Origin: Haplodiscus bocki
Taxonomy: Eukaryota
NCBI GenBank assembly: GCA_965655095.1
Contig: OZ296658.1
Span: 24,738,001-24,802,000 of the forward strand
Length of the DNA: 64,000 nucleotides
Direction: 5' to 3'
Shown here: positions 13,738 through 27,699 of the stretch, piece after piece
Position numbering within the stretch: position 1 is the stretch's first letter
Layout of the letters: each line of letters begins with the position of its first letter
Translations under genes and position numbers: made by a program
The notes under the pieces: model-generated
Database searches by the model: none
The model's input: only the letters and a program-made list of their open reading frames with translations
Told to the model about the DNA's origin: nothing

Positions 13738-16700
13738 TCTGTGGTAGCCATAGTTATGCAGCATGATACTTATACAAATTTAGCGCTGTAAATTTGCACA
13801 AATTCAACATTGGGTAATAAATATAAAATACAGCTCGAATATCTGTTAAACAAATGCCTGAATTGAAATGCTATAAACCGTAATGTAATTTACTGCCTTC
13901 AAGTGGTTTGCTTTTGTACAGTCTTGATTCCAGGTGATTCAATTTTCATCAAATTTCAACCTTCTGCTCGATTATATTACACTAAGTTTCTACTCCGTTG
14001 TTAATTATTGGCTGTTTCTTGGGCTAGGTGAATCCCGATGTAATTTAAAAAAGATGCCACTCGGTGACATCAAAAGTTGGTGTAGTTCATCAATTGGGCA
14101 CTTCGAACATTTATTCACAATAAATTCGATGTGAAGAGATGGAGATGGTTGAAGAAAGGTGGATCACCTAAGCACTGGTAGTGGTTTCCAAACCTTGGAT
14201 GAAGCTTTAAAGTCTCAATTGGCTGGGGAAGGTCAATTAGTGTGGTTTTCAAACTTCCGATAAAAACCGATGAATTCCAATTTCAATGCAGTAGTCGGAC
14301 AGAACGTTTTCATCAGTTGGTTGAAAACCGATGAAATTTAAACTAATTGTTACAGCGGTGTGATTACATCGTTCGGATGTTAACCGATGAATTTCATATT
14401 GACCACTAACCTATTTTGTCATGGGTTATACACTCAGAAATTATCGCTTCTTGCAGTGGGGGTTAAGTTTAAGTCGGACGGAGTAGACTTATGGGGTTAG
14501 AACATCGAAAAGTTGTTCCCGATGAAAAAGTATCCGTCTTATTTATGGTTCTGTCTGTCGGGCCGCTACAGGGGGCAATTATGGTAGCGTTCAGTGTTCC
14601 ATTTGGAGCCTATTGGGGTCATTCATGTAACATATAGTACAATATGAGCCTTCCTTGGAAGACGTCAATTTGACGGGTTTGTTCTGGCACTCTGCTGTCC
14701 GATGGATGATGATAGTTTTTTCAGCTCAGCAAAAGTTTCTAGCTAATACATAAATTTGTTCAAAAATTACATAGTCTCCTTTATAATAGGTGGAAGAGAA
14801 GTAACAGTACATAGTTGCATTTGGACTTCTATGCACTTTGTGGCTACAGAAGTGGCATTAAGGTCCTAATATTAGTAGAGTCTTCATAAAATATTAACAA
14901 ACCATTAATATAGGGATTGGTTAGAAACTTATATTTCCCTCATGCATACATAACACCCAATGAGATTTGGGAGAAACTAAGAACAGAACTAATAATTCAA
15001 AAAATGCGTTATTACTAAAAATAATCCGGGGTTTTTTGCGATAAGAAAGGTGGGAAAGAAGTACGAAAGCACGCCAAACAAATCAACAAAGACGTAAATA
15101 GGGATTTGGATCCCCTAACTGTTAGCCACCGAACTACTGTGACACCACATCTTTTTTTGGTTTACTACAAATCAAACAGTTCCCAAATGAACTCTGAGTA
15201 CCATAAACTGTTCCGGAAGAGGATTAAACTTCTCTCATGAGTGACTTTTGTTGAACATAAAGTTCCGATAGAATGTAATGAAATACATTCTATGGAATAG
15301 ATCTACCTCTCCCTTCTCGCAGAAAACTATAAAATTTCCAGAAAGAAAAAAAGCACTTCAACAAAGAGCAGTCATTAAAACGAAACCGAAAGCTGAAGAT
15401 TTTACACAGGTACGACGTTGAAAAAATATTACAGGTAAAACGTTAATCTTTTCTCTTCAAAATGGAGAAATTTCAACTGGACACCTCTGCCTCACTCTAC
15501 TGTAACAACATCATTCGTGCTGGGAGTGTAAATACCCATTCCACAAGGGGGGATATATTAACTAATCGATGCAGTTTTGAAACCACTAGAATTTTTGAGG
15601 ATTGGTTTTTTCCTAAATTGATTTTTTACGAGGATGTATTTCGCTATTTTTTCAATTTTTCAGGAAACTTCGCTGTTTTGTTTCATAAATCATGTGTTTT
15701 TATAGATACACTGTACAAAATGCGGAACGTTGCATTTTGGAGATTTTTACGACTTTTTCATATGAAATTTTTTTTTGATTTTTAGGAGAGAAAAGATAGC
15801 TCATTTCTTGCATTCTCCGGAGACTTCTCACTATGCCTTCCATATCAACTTTCGAGTTTTATCCAATTTCCAAAATTTCATTGAAAATTGATGTTTTTAG
15901 TCCCTAATTTGATTTAAAACTCGCTAATTTTTTGAATACTTGGGATTTTTTGACCTTTCACATTTAGATCAATTTTCTTGCAACCAGACCGTTTGAAATT
16001 GACAAAAACTCATTTTTGTTGGAGGCAGTAAATTTTTTGAATCTCTGAAAGGTGAGATTTATTTGACTGATTTAAATTTGACCAAAAGTAGATTTTTTGA
16101 GTTTTTATCGGGAACTTCTGCTTTTTTTGATTTCCAAGTCAAGTTTTTTGCTCCAACTTCATTAGAAACGGTACTGGTGTAAGTTTTTCCAATTTTCTTG
16201 AATTTTAGCAACTTTTGAAGAATAGCTATTTGAGGAGCCTATTTAACCAGTCTTGTCGTCTTTTCTGGAAGCATGCTTTTTTTCAAAATCAGTTCTTTCC
16301 GCTTGAAATGCATCAAGTAGGTTAAAACGCGCATCCTACTGTTACCAATCTCCTTCTCATCAGTTGTTTCAAGCTTTCATATTGTTATAAGACCTTATGA
16401 AATCGAAAGTGAGTCTCTTTGCGCCACAGAATGCAAGTTTTTTTATTTAGTAGCCTCGAAATTTGATTTTTTTTCTTATGCTCCGATGTTCGAGGCCAGC
16501 CAGTAGCCCATTTTCTTGTCAACAGGAACTAAAATTCAGCCTCCATCTCCTGTCCCACATACGATCCTGTTGAGCCAAATCACTATTCAGCTTCTCGAAG
16601 TTTCACATTTTCAGCTGCTTCTGTGAAACTTTGGAAAAATTAATTAACCATAGCAATAACCGTGAGAAGTGGGGCTTGAGAAGTTTGGGGATTCTTTCTG

Positions 16701-17234
16701 CAAAAAAATCATACTTTCAGATGAAATCATGCTGCAGCTACATGCACTCACTATTACACCGTTGCAATATAAACACAATATACCGAAAATTCCGACAAAT
16801 AAGTCGGTCATTCTTGATAGCAATTTTATGCGAATTTTATTGCCACGACTCACTTTGAGGTGCAATTAATTTGTTTTTATCTCATGTAAAAACTTTGTCT
16901 AAAGTTATGATCAGCATTTTAAATGACATTAAAAATTAAAAATCGAAAATAAGCATCATCTACTAAAAATTCAAAAAAGGAATGCTCGAATTAAATACGA
17001 CAAAATTAGCAGCCCAACTGTCGAAAAACAAGGTGAAAGCTATATTCGAAATTAGTTTCGAAAGAGCAGTGATCATCTACATTTTCTACTGGATTACATA
17101 CCCAATCACTCGTTGCTTTAAGTAAAGTTCCTGTTTTTCCGTCACCTGTTTATCTTCCAGTCAAGCTTGCTTGCCGGAGTTTTACGGTATTAAATCAAAT
17201 TCGATTGAATGTTCTGGTTAGTTTAAAGACTTCT

Positions 17235-17977
17235 TCACTGAGTAAGTACAACAGCCAGCATATAGCCTGTGCAAATTGAAATGACTATAAAACTTGTGAT
17301 CAAAAGCAAACGATTGGCTGTTTCGCCAACCAACTCAATCTGCTCCGATGCTCCTTCTTTGCCACAACACTGTTCTCTTTTGGATGGAACGCTACGAATG
17401 TTATCCAACTGCAAGGTACCTTCTTCGGGTGCAGAGTTTGAAGAGTCCCTGGAAGGTGACTCTGTTGTTTCTGTGGCCAGTATTCTCCGCGACCAACCTG
17501 GGAAAATGATTGGAGAACACTTTTCAAGAATAAATTTCCAAGGTTGCGAGGAAATGATCGATTGCGGTCTTTTAGTTTGGGCCACAGTTGTCAGAAGGAT
17601 GTTCATGAAAACGATAGCAACAAAAAACAGGATAGACTCAAGGAGGTATTTCTGGAACACGGGAAGCTCCCTCCCACCCTCTGGAACATATTGCGAAATA
17701 CTCATCAAGTTAACAGTCTGAGCCAGAAAAACTGTAACACCAAATCCCGTCTTTTCGCCGCAATGACAAGGGATAAGGAAAGAACACCCGCCCAGGTAGT
17801 TGATTAGAATTGAAGGGACAAGGACATTCGCTACAAAATAAGCACTGTTTCGTTGAAAAGAGTAGCAAAACTCCACCGACGCGGCATTTTCTATGAGCTG
17901 ATTAGAAATCCGTTTAGAGCGGCTCGTCCACAGAGAATAATGCGTTTCAGCAGTCTCAGCGATGAGAGATCGGTTCG
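17235..17977 (-). CDS. Cys-loop ligand-gated ion channel (nAChR-like, non-alpha subunit), terminal exon encoding the end of the ligand-binding domain and TM1-TM4
   Basis: Open 743-nt exon after acceptor tttttgtttgcag (phase 1); contains RNSAYFVANVLVPSILI (pre-M1/M1), GEKTGFGVTVFLAQTV (M2), LPVFQKY..M3, a cytoplasmic loop, and ANRLLLITSFIVISICTGYML (M4) followed by a stop. Confidence 0.92.
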
Positions 17978-18215
17978 CTGCAAACAAAAACAGACCCAGT
18001 TACTTTTTCCGTTTCCCCCTATAATTCTTTAATTCTTTAGGCCAAGTTCTAATTGGAATTGATCTTTACACATGCTCAAGCAAGTGTTACTCCACGGTCT
18101 TCCTTTTCTTTTTTCCGATCCGCTTACAATTTGCATTTGTTCCTAAATTCTAAACTTCCTAGCTTTTATTCATGCGTTCTCGTTTTCTTGCAAAAAATTG
18201 TTCACGTGACGTAAT

Positions 18216-18415
18216 NNNNNNNNNNNNNNNNNNNNNNNNNNNNNNNNNNNNNNNNNNNNNNNNNNNNNNNNNNNNNNNNNNNNNNNNNNNNNNNNNNNNN
18301 NNNNNNNNNNNNNNNNNNNNNNNNNNNNNNNNNNNNNNNNNNNNNNNNNNNNNNNNNNNNNNNNNNNNNNNNNNNNNNNNNNNNNNNNNNNNNNNNNNNN
18401 NNNNNNNNNNNNNNN
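18216..18415. other. Assembly gap (200 N)
   Basis: Run of exactly 200 N. Confidence 1.
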
Positions 18416-18497
18416 TTTTGTAATTAGACATACATATAAGGCTGGATATATACCTTTTTATGTGCATATAAGAGTATGTATACATTATATCAACTCA

Positions 18498-19176
18498 TGT
18501 AATCCCGAATGAACTTGACTGAGCCTGAGAGGCTCTAGAGGTTCCCCCTTCATCACACGGTAGGTGCCGTGATAGTGTCAGCTGAGTTTCAGTACGCGCC
18601 GTCGGGGATTTACCTGCCAAGCTTTCTTGTATCATTTGGTTTAGCATTTGGGTCAATTTGGATATCGCACATTCAGTGGTTGTGGGTTGGCCCTGATATT
18701 TTCCTCAATTAGGTCGTGCGAGAAGACACCGGTGGATTCCGGTCCATTCTGGTTGTGGTTGTGCCGGAAGTAATTTCAGCCTTCACAATCTTTTTGGGAT
18801 TCGAGAACTTCCTGTAAATAATTCGGCTTCTTAGAATCCTCAGATTGAGAAAAGAGTTCTTAAAATTGTTAACTATTATACTGTAGTTGTATAGGCGCAA
18901 CCGGGGCAATCCAATATGATTTTACAAAGCTAATTTCCAGGCCGGTTTGAAGCGATGTGAACGTTCAGCACTGTTCTGTGTTCTCTCCCATTGACTGTGT
19001 TTTCTCTGGGTGTTAGGGGTACTTGTTGTATAATTGTTGTGTTCGGAGACGGAAAAGTGCTGTCACGTGACCAATTGTCAGGCTCAACTGTTACCGTCAA
19101 TGAGCTCCTTTTAGTTTTTCACTGCCTGGGCGTTAGTTGATCAATTAAGGTGTGAAATTAAAAATCCACCGCTACA
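18498..19176. mobile_element. Solo-LTR-like element
   Basis: TGTA...TACA termini, ~680 bp, terminal similarity to 13046-13737; minus-strand start TGTAGCGG resembles the inferred LTR start of the Gypsy element at 49959. No TSD seen. Confidence 0.45.
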
Positions 19177-21049
19177 GTGTCAAACGTCAGATATTTATGT
19201 CATTTATTGCCCAACTTTTGTGAATCGATAGCAAATGGCGAAGGTGTCCGTTTGGCCACTGAAATTAAGCAGTTTTTCAGAAATTTTTATGTGGTTTCAT
19301 TTTGGCACAATCAAAACAAGGTGTCCGTCAGTTTTCACGATGTACATTGAAAAATTTTCCTGTGTTTGATCAAAGACATTGATTGATTCAAGCAGGCATC
19401 GGAAAAAAGTCTGTACTCTGATATATCAGCTTTTTCGTGGTTGGGCTATAGTTTCTAATATCTATGCCGGTCTGGGATGTCGGACGTTGAGAAGGGTCTC
19501 ATGAGCTGATACCTTGGCTGTTCTCGTTTTGAACGTTTATCAGACATCAGAAACTGTCTGTGCTGGCAATATTTATTGTAACTACAGAAATCAGCATCGA
19601 TTAGTATTTGTTATACGTTACTAACTGAATCTTTTACTTAGACATCTGAGAAAGTCAGAATTTTTCTGGATAATCCGCCTTCCTGTCGAAACCCACGCGT
19701 TATATCTTGTTTACACACGTGTGTGTTTTATCCATCGGTATCTATCAGCAGACTAGTTCGCAGATATGTTACTCCCCTATCTCCATCCAGGACGGATGCA
19801 AACCGAGGTATTTTTCTGCTTTCTCGCAATCACATCTGTTTGTGTTCAAACTGTTTCTGATGTATATCCAATCCTCTTTTGAGAGTTTCTGTCTTTTTTG
19901 GCTAAAGAAAAGATTGTGAGAGTAAAAAGAACACCACTGATGTTTTGCGATGTGGCGCGCTTCATGTTCGATTTGAAGTGTTCATCAGTGGATTAACTGC
20001 ATCACAGCGGGCACTTGTAATGATGGGGGTTTCCGGCCGATGTTTACTTTGTGTCTGTTAGTTCCTAAAAAAAGTACTTTCAACCTTAAGCACCAGTCAG
20101 AAACTACCGCTAACATTTTTGATAGATTTTTCCGTACTGCTGGTTTTGATAAATAAAAAACTGCTATTTGAGAGTAAGGCTGAACAACACTTAGTTTTAG
20201 TTTATATACAAAATGTTTTGTACTAAACGATGGTTTTTTTTAAATCAGGGGTAGAGCAGAAGTAATGTGACGTAGCAGCTTCCAAAAAACTATTCATTTT
20301 CCGGCTACAGAGATGCCGTAAGGATCTAATGTACTATAGTAGCTTCATACAATTGTAACATTCACAAAGTTTTAGTGATATGTGGTTAATCCAGAGTTTC
20401 CTTCTTGCGGGCTTGACAATGGTCATCACATTTTGCTGTGGATATGCGTTCGTACCTTTAATGGTTAATTAGCTCAGTAAAGAACGAGACAGTTACTCGT
20501 TCGTTGATGATAGGAACTGCGCCCTTACATCAGTCATGTGATCACAAAGATCCACCCAGAGCCATCTCAAAATTAGCACCAAAACCCAATACCCTAAGTA
20601 TTGAAATATAAGATAAATATAACAGTTAAAAATTTGATTTTAGGTAATATTTTACCTTGTGTACCCACGAACAATCGTGCAACAAAAATATTACAAAAAA
20701 GTCAATAAAAACTGTTCAATTAGGCTCTAGTGTTTTCTTTTGTACAGGTGGGGCAGGGCATGAAGATATAGTTATTTGTTCCATTGAACGTTTTTGTTTT
20801 GAAAAGTAAATGGATAGTTTTCGTTTATTAGGTAATGACTTTCACGAAGCCCCATGTTAGGGGGAAAATGAAACTACTACCTAGAATCAAATTGTTAACT
20901 ACTTCCTTTTCTCTTTCAATATTTTACTCATTGTATTGGGTATTAAAAAAGGTGAACTTTGACACGATATAAATGTTAATTAAAAGTTCAGGCTACGAAA
21001 AAAATGACCTAGGTTTTAAAAATGGCCTTTACTTTACTTTAAAAATGGA

Positions 21050-24000
21050 AAAGCGAAAGAAAAAAAATTCTTAGTGAATGTTAGCGACGGCAAAATTTTA
21101 TGATGGTGATTTGTTTCGGAATGATTGAAGTCAAATCAAAATATAAAATTTGTGATCTATTCAAAAGCAACAGACATTTCACCAGAAATGCGTCGTACAG
21201 ACATATAAAATCAAATATACACTCCGCTAAGATGTTTGTAAAAACGTGTCAAAGAGTTTTTCTTCTGTAGTAATTGGTGGAGTGAGCATCGGCCACCACC
21301 ACAAAAAAAGTGATGTATGCACAACATTTTTAGAAGAAACATCGACAAACACTGAAAATATTTTACACATTTAACTGAAACAGGTGAACAAGTAATAAAT
21401 AGTTTTTTCAAAACTGTATACAAACCTGAAAATCATGCTGAGCAAAGACCATCTGACTGCGGCATTAGCAAGCAGAAAAAATTTGCAATGTGTCTACTAA
21501 GTCTACTGTAAGAGATAGAAAAAAACATGGTGTTACATGAAAACAAATTAACAATACCACTTAAAATCGAACAGTATCTAAATCTTTTCGTTTCGATGTT
21601 GCAAAAGTTCATGGTAGGTGTAATAATACCAACCATGAATCATCAAGATCACATCACAGGAAAAAAGCAAACCAAGATCGAATCCGAGAATTTTTTTTGG
21701 AATTCTTACAGTGTACGATCCACAAAAAATTTGAAAGACCAAAATGGAAAAAATCCAAATATTGTAGCCATGAAAGAGTATAAAAATTTTCATTATTATC
21801 TGCGTTGGAGCGAAAACGTTTGATAGAAAAGACAGACTTTTTGAAAACGATATCAATCCTTTAGAAAGAGCAATAAATACAAAGATCTCTAATTCAAATA
21901 AACAACCTAGTTTGGTAACGAAGTATGTTTTTGTGCTTTCCTTGACAAAAAACATTATGATACCGAAGAATGAAATAAAATTGATTTGGAAATGAAACAA
22001 CCAAAAACTAGTAACGAAAGCAATTGTTTGCATGGAAAGAAGTAGATGAAATAAATTTTCAATCAGCATTTATTTATTCAATCTGTTGAAAACATGGAAA
22101 AAGTTTGATCGGAATGGGTGAATCACCAAATTACTTGTATGAATATTGATCTTTAAAAAAAGTACATAAAGTGGGATTAGTTATGCTGTAAAAAATACTT
22201 CTGATAAAAAACCTATCAGTTTCGAATAACCAAACGCAAACGAAGAATATAAATACTGTAGAATTTTATACTCTGCTAAAAAGAATCCATGTAGGACCAA
22301 AATTTTTGAAAAATTTTTAGTACAGAAAGGTCAACAGGTAAAGTTCTAGAAACAACAAATGATATTAAAGACATCCCAAAACCAGAAAAGTGTATACAAA
22401 ATTAGTATAACATGTCTTCGAAACAGACAAAAACCGAACATGCCCAACAGTAAGTCTAATTTTGCATTGTACAAGGAAGGAACTAAAGTGATTAGAAAAG
22501 AGTAATACACTTAAAATTTTATGAAAGTCGTTTTTGCTCCAAAAAAATTACATAACTATGTAGGAAATTCACATTGTATTAATCTATGTAAAATACATAG
22601 AGGCGCTCAAACAACCGATAACGAAGCAAAAATTTATCAGTATTTTGTTGAGGGCATGACTTTTGTAATGTTAATTTTTACAACAGATATTCTTTATAAT
22701 TGTATTGAAGAATCTTAGAATTCCATTATACTTACTCGGATCTGTAGAGTTTGAATCTCTAAATGGAAAAGATGGCACTGTGATTGGAACAGGAACGAGA
22801 AAGCTATGCATAACTTGCCTATGCACGATCCACTTTGTCTTCACAAAGAACTGCGAAATCAAAATCAAAAGGATCTTTTTGTAAGTTTTGAAGTCTTCCC
22901 TAAAAATGATGGAGTTTTTGATTACCCAAATTTAAAGACAGGATCCTTTTCGGAATAGCTGAAGCACTCAATGAAGAAGTTTTGTTTCATATTAAAGAGT
23001 ATTTGGAGGTGGAAGGGAATCGGGTTTTGAGAATATAACTCATCTTTATTAATCTATCGAAAAATTTATTGGTTACTGAAAACCATAAACTGATCTGACA
23101 AAAAATGTTTTTTTTTCTCAAAAACAATAAGAAAGATATCAACTCTTAAAAATAGAACGAGAAAAAATAAAATTACAGAAGAAATCGAAAGTGCAACTGA
23201 AAACACCTGAAAAACCTCTTTGTATGAAGCATGTTGTTGTTTGTTAACAAATGCCTCACCGAACTTGGAAAAAGAATTTTTAAAACTTATAGTTTATAAC
23301 TTTTATATTACGTCTCCTCAACTGGATAAATTAATCAATTTTTTTTATGAAAATGACCAAGAAGTAAAATACATTCGTAATAACGCACTAATTTTTTTCA
23401 TTGGAAACAGAATACGAGGAGTAACAGGTGGTATGGGCCCGACCTATGCAAAAAGCAGAGGAGAAGAAATCTTGCATTATGATGTGGGTATTTTTCCTAG
23501 GCTATAAATGATGCAAGCTTTATAAAATGCAGCCGTTCTGTTTGATGAAATAACGATGGAACTTGTACCAACAACAGAAAATGGTGCTAGCTAGTTCGCG
23601 GTAAAAAATCAAAAACATCCACAAAAACAAAAACCAAAAATAAAAAGAAGTTCACTTTAGACAGAATCATGAAAAGTAAAAGTATCATCTTTTAGAAACT
23701 TCTCCAGAAAATGATTTCCCCGTACTTACAACCCTGTGGAAAAGTAATTTGTGGTTGAACAGACGAGAAAAATTACGTTTGTAATTGTAGCAATTCACTT
23801 GTTTTGTGAGTCACGGCATGAAAGGTACAGAGCTGAAATAAATTAGAACATTCTAACAAGATTCCTGGAAGAACATTTTTTTTAAAATCCAAAGTTCAGA
23901 GCAAAAACAAACACAGAAACCGGGAAATTTTTACCTGAAAACCTAATTACTATTTTTACAAAGAAGCAAATGGATGGTAAAAGAAGAAGAAAAACAAAAG

Positions 24001-24730
24001 GATTTCACAACTAAAAGTGACAAATGTGTACGAAAAAAGCTTTTGCGGAAGAGAAAGATATGACACTAGTGGCGATGATCCTTTTCCCAACCAACTACAA
24101 AAACAAGAAAAGTTCATTGGTAAACCTTTTTACATAGGTTTCACAGTTATAGAAATCTCAAAGTTACGTATATATAGAAACTATTACCATAAATTACAAC
24201 CGTATAGAGATGAAGTTGACATTACTTCATTTTTTTTGACACTGATTCTTTTACTTGAAACCTTCTTCTGAAAACAAGATCAGTGAGTGGAGATTTGACG
24301 CATACATAAGGTGAAATATTGATTTTGAAAATAAATTTACTTATCCTCAAAAAGCTTCTAAACGTCAGTAGAAGGTTTTTGCTAAGTTCAAATATAAATA
24401 ACCTGAAACATGAACAATTAATCAATTTTGCGCCTTAAATGCAAAACTGTTTGCTTTCAAAACAGAGGTGAAAGAGGAAGAAGTGCTCAAAGTTTTGACA
24501 AAAGGCGAACTTAAGAACATAGCATTTGAACCTAAAAACATAGGAACTGTTAAACATTTTGACTCTTGTTCAAAAAACTTACAGAAGAACAAAAATGATT
24601 CGTCTTATATGTTCTTAGAGATCCAAAAGAGGTATTGAACTCACAAAAATCAGTATGAAAACTGTATGTTTTTTCGACGTCAAAAAAATAAGGAAACGCA
24701 TATGACAGTGAGCCATGGAACTAGGACGAA
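21050..24730 (+). pseudogene. Protein-primed family B DNA polymerase (pPolB), decayed
   Basis: RIRG (from GIRGG, ~23409) followed by YAKS..ILHYDV (region A); KPFYIGFTVIEISKLRIY (~24121); FDTDSF catalytic motif at 24235-24252; FCALNAKLF; C-terminal FDxKK and SHG remnants. Confidence 0.88.
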
Positions 24731-25529
24731 AAGAGACAATGACAATTTTAGCTGACCAATTGGGAAAACTTATCTGTGTATGATTGAGTTTTGTGTTAAT
24801 CTTCACGAAAAAAATACACTGCCAAAAACAAACGATGTTTCCTTATCTTGATGATACCTGTAGTATGGATTGATTAAATTTAATCGAAAATGGTCCAAAA
24901 AATCACAAACTTTCATATACAAAATAAAACACTTGGATAGGGAGAACCATTGGATAAAAGAAACAGTGCAAACGACAAAGAACTTACCGGAAAGATTTAA
25001 TGCAAAAAAAATAAACCGAAACTGATACAGACAGATGATGGATAAGAATATGCGACCTAAGTTTTCGGTAAATCTGTAATATTTGAAAATATTGGAAAAT
25101 TTAGTCGTTATACCTCAAAAGAACAATTTTTGGTTAAAACTTTAACAAAACTTTTCAGAAAGTTTTTGAAAATACTAGTTAAAGAACAAATTAATGCTAT
25201 TTGGATAGTTGAAGTAAATACAACAACAACAAACGCAAAGTAACAGTAGATTTTTGAGTGGATCACCACCAAAACAAGCATCTTTAAAAGAAAAGAAATT
25301 TTGTACACATTAATTTGTAGGACAGAAGGAAGAGAACAAATCCAAAGATTAATTCAGGAATTCAGGTAGGACTGCAGACAAATAATTTTTTCTAAATATG
25401 ATATGCCAAAGTTGAATTATGAGCTACATACAAATGCAGACATGAATATGTTACGATACCTACTTATCATGTACACGAAATATCCGAGAGTTAGTGTGAA
25501 GCTTTGCTAAAGAATCGTAAATGCCGATG

Positions 25530-26850
25530 AAAGAAAATGAGACTGTGAAAAATTTATTTAGGTTTGCAAAGTATTTCAACTCTGTAGACAAGTTTGTCTT
25601 TCAGTTTAAATCAGGTCGAAATGCCTGTGTCAACCACTGCTTGATAACTTTTTTTATTTGTCAACACAATAGCATAACCAACAAAAATACCTGCTTCAAA
25701 ATCGAAAACGTAAACTTTGTTTTTATTGGTTTCGCCGACAAAAGTTTTTTGGTAACGTATACCAAAAACAGAAAAACTGCAACTATTCTCAGTTTTTCAT
25801 CACTTTGCGTTACACTCACGATTATATCATCGTTAATAAAAAGTCTGAACTGTGGTAATATTTTTTTAAGGCCACGAGAAAAATATTCATCAATATAATA
25901 TATAATTGTGGCAGTATCAGGGCATCTTTTTATGAAACAGTACATTGTGCATGTGAGGTTGACAGTCTGATTAACGCAATATTATTAAGTTCTCGTTTGA
26001 CTTTCCAATTCCTGTTTTGGAAACCAGTGATAAAATAAAGAAGAACAACAACCTCGCTGTCTAAATCTAATTGAAAATTCCAATTTTTTGCTCGTTCAAC
26101 TCTTTTACAAAAGCAGAGTTTTTGAAAATAACTAAATTCTGCTGCTGCTCTAGGCATGAGATACTCTGATAAATAAGTTCGTTCAATTATGTCAAGAGTT
26201 TGAATTGGTGCATACTAACTAAAAACTTTTATAGAACGTATTGCAAACTTTGTAGCTACAGCTTTCTTATTTACAATGAAAGCAGTATTTTTTTTCAAAA
26301 TTGCCTTGTGTCTTTAGCCATATGTGCCATTTTCTTGACTTTCGGGAAAACCGAAAACATCTTCTTACATCCAAAATGAAATATTCTTCTAATATTAGTA
26401 GGTTAGGAGATCTATCTGCTCAATTGCCTAATCTTCTACTGTGATTGCGCTGAAGCCCAATAGAGAAGTCAGTTTCTCCATTACTAGAAATCTGTAATTT
26501 GCAAAGCAAATGTACAACATGCGCCTGATCATTTTGTTCGAAATGTCTTCCGCCATTGGTTTTTGTGATAAAATCACCAAATAAAGCTATAGGGCCTTGA
26601 AAAACTAATGTTAATGTTACAACAGTACCAAATGCGTACTTTCCATCATTCTCACCACGCTCTATACTAAAATCCAACTCAGAACAAGAACCTTTCGGAG
26701 AAATTACTGTATCTTCTCTGGGTATTACAAATAACTTTTGCGAATTAGGAGTGTCTGCAGGTTCAATGATTGAGGTGTGTAAAGATTGTAAACATTTTTA
26801 ATGACGGATCATTCTACTTCGTTTTTTCACCAAACTTAATTGTTGCGTAT
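25530..26850 (-). pseudogene. Polinton/adintovirus-type major capsid protein (hexon-like), decayed
   Basis: Translates DTPNSQKLFVIPREDTVISPKGSCSELDF...GPIALFGDF..TNGGRHFE...KL..S....FSIG and later DVFGF and YFITGFQNR, recalled as the adintovirus-type capsid pattern; ~1.3 kb, convergent with pPolB. Confidence 0.7.
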
Positions 26851-26869
26851 ATTAATCTGAAAGTGATTG

Positions 26870-27690
26870 AAATCATGGTGTGTTGAGTGCTAGTAACGTA
26901 TTTAGGCTCTAATCTACTATCAAATATAGCAAAGATTTCTTCAAATAATCTGTTTCTGTCATTTCCAGTTTTTTCTTTTTGTACCTTTGAACGTACTCTA
27001 TTAAAAATTTTCTAGTGGATTTTGTGGAAGAAATATAACTGACCATCGTTTTGCGAGGCCCGAGGTGAATAATCGTCTTTTGATATAATGATGTTTTTTA
27101 ACATGTCCATCTCTTGTACTTTTGCTACCTAGTCCACAAGGATCAGTTATCATTTGTTTTGGAAAATTTTTGATAGTTTCTGCATCTGGTGAATTTGAAA
27201 CACTGAAATTACAATCACATAATTTTTTTAGGAGAGCATCTTCGATTGTAAAAATTTCTACCACTTTTATCAGAATGCCCCATTGATCATGTAATCAATC
27301 CGATCTGAATATTCAGTATCAATTTCTCATCGAAATTGCATTTCTTCTGAAAATATATTTTGAATACAATTCAATTAGCCCATTTTTTCGAAAAACTCCA
27401 TAACTTTTTTCTACACATTTGATTCACTTAGCTCTTCAATTGGTTTTGTTGTTTAACGGCTATCTTTCAGTAGTTTTTTCCCATCTTCAAAAGTTTTGGT
27501 GCTTGGTTCAAAGTGCTTACGCGCTTCTCAGTGGAAATTCTGGTTGAATCAAATTGTTTGTCAGCGTTTAAGTTTTTTTTTGTGATTGTAGCTCCCTTAG
27601 TTCTTTCGAACTTTCTGGCCCTTGTGTAATTTCAACTGATTTTTTTTTTGGCATCCACAGTGAAAAAAAACTTTGTGGTATGCATTCTAA
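26870..27690 (-). pseudogene. Conserved Polinton/adintovirus accessory protein, decayed
   Basis: N-terminal HFEPSTK and C-terminal IFLPQNPLE...QKEKTGND...EEIFAI match the recalled FLxxDPNELxxRL...AGN..EI motif of these elements. Confidence 0.5.
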
Positions 27691-27699
27691 GATTGCTTC

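Noticed and set aside
17269-17807. Plus-strand ORFs overlapping the receptor exon
   Set aside because: Antisense shadows of the real minus-strand CDS, with no recognisable motifs.
19200-20600. Possible non-LTR RT remnant on - (GFRQEGGLS) and CCHC-like remnant on + (~20400)
   Set aside because: Isolated degenerate motifs that cannot be chained into an element by eye.
20860-20910. ACTACT motif as a Polinton terminus
   Set aside because: Wrong orientation for a left end, and no matching inverted repeat or TSD was found.
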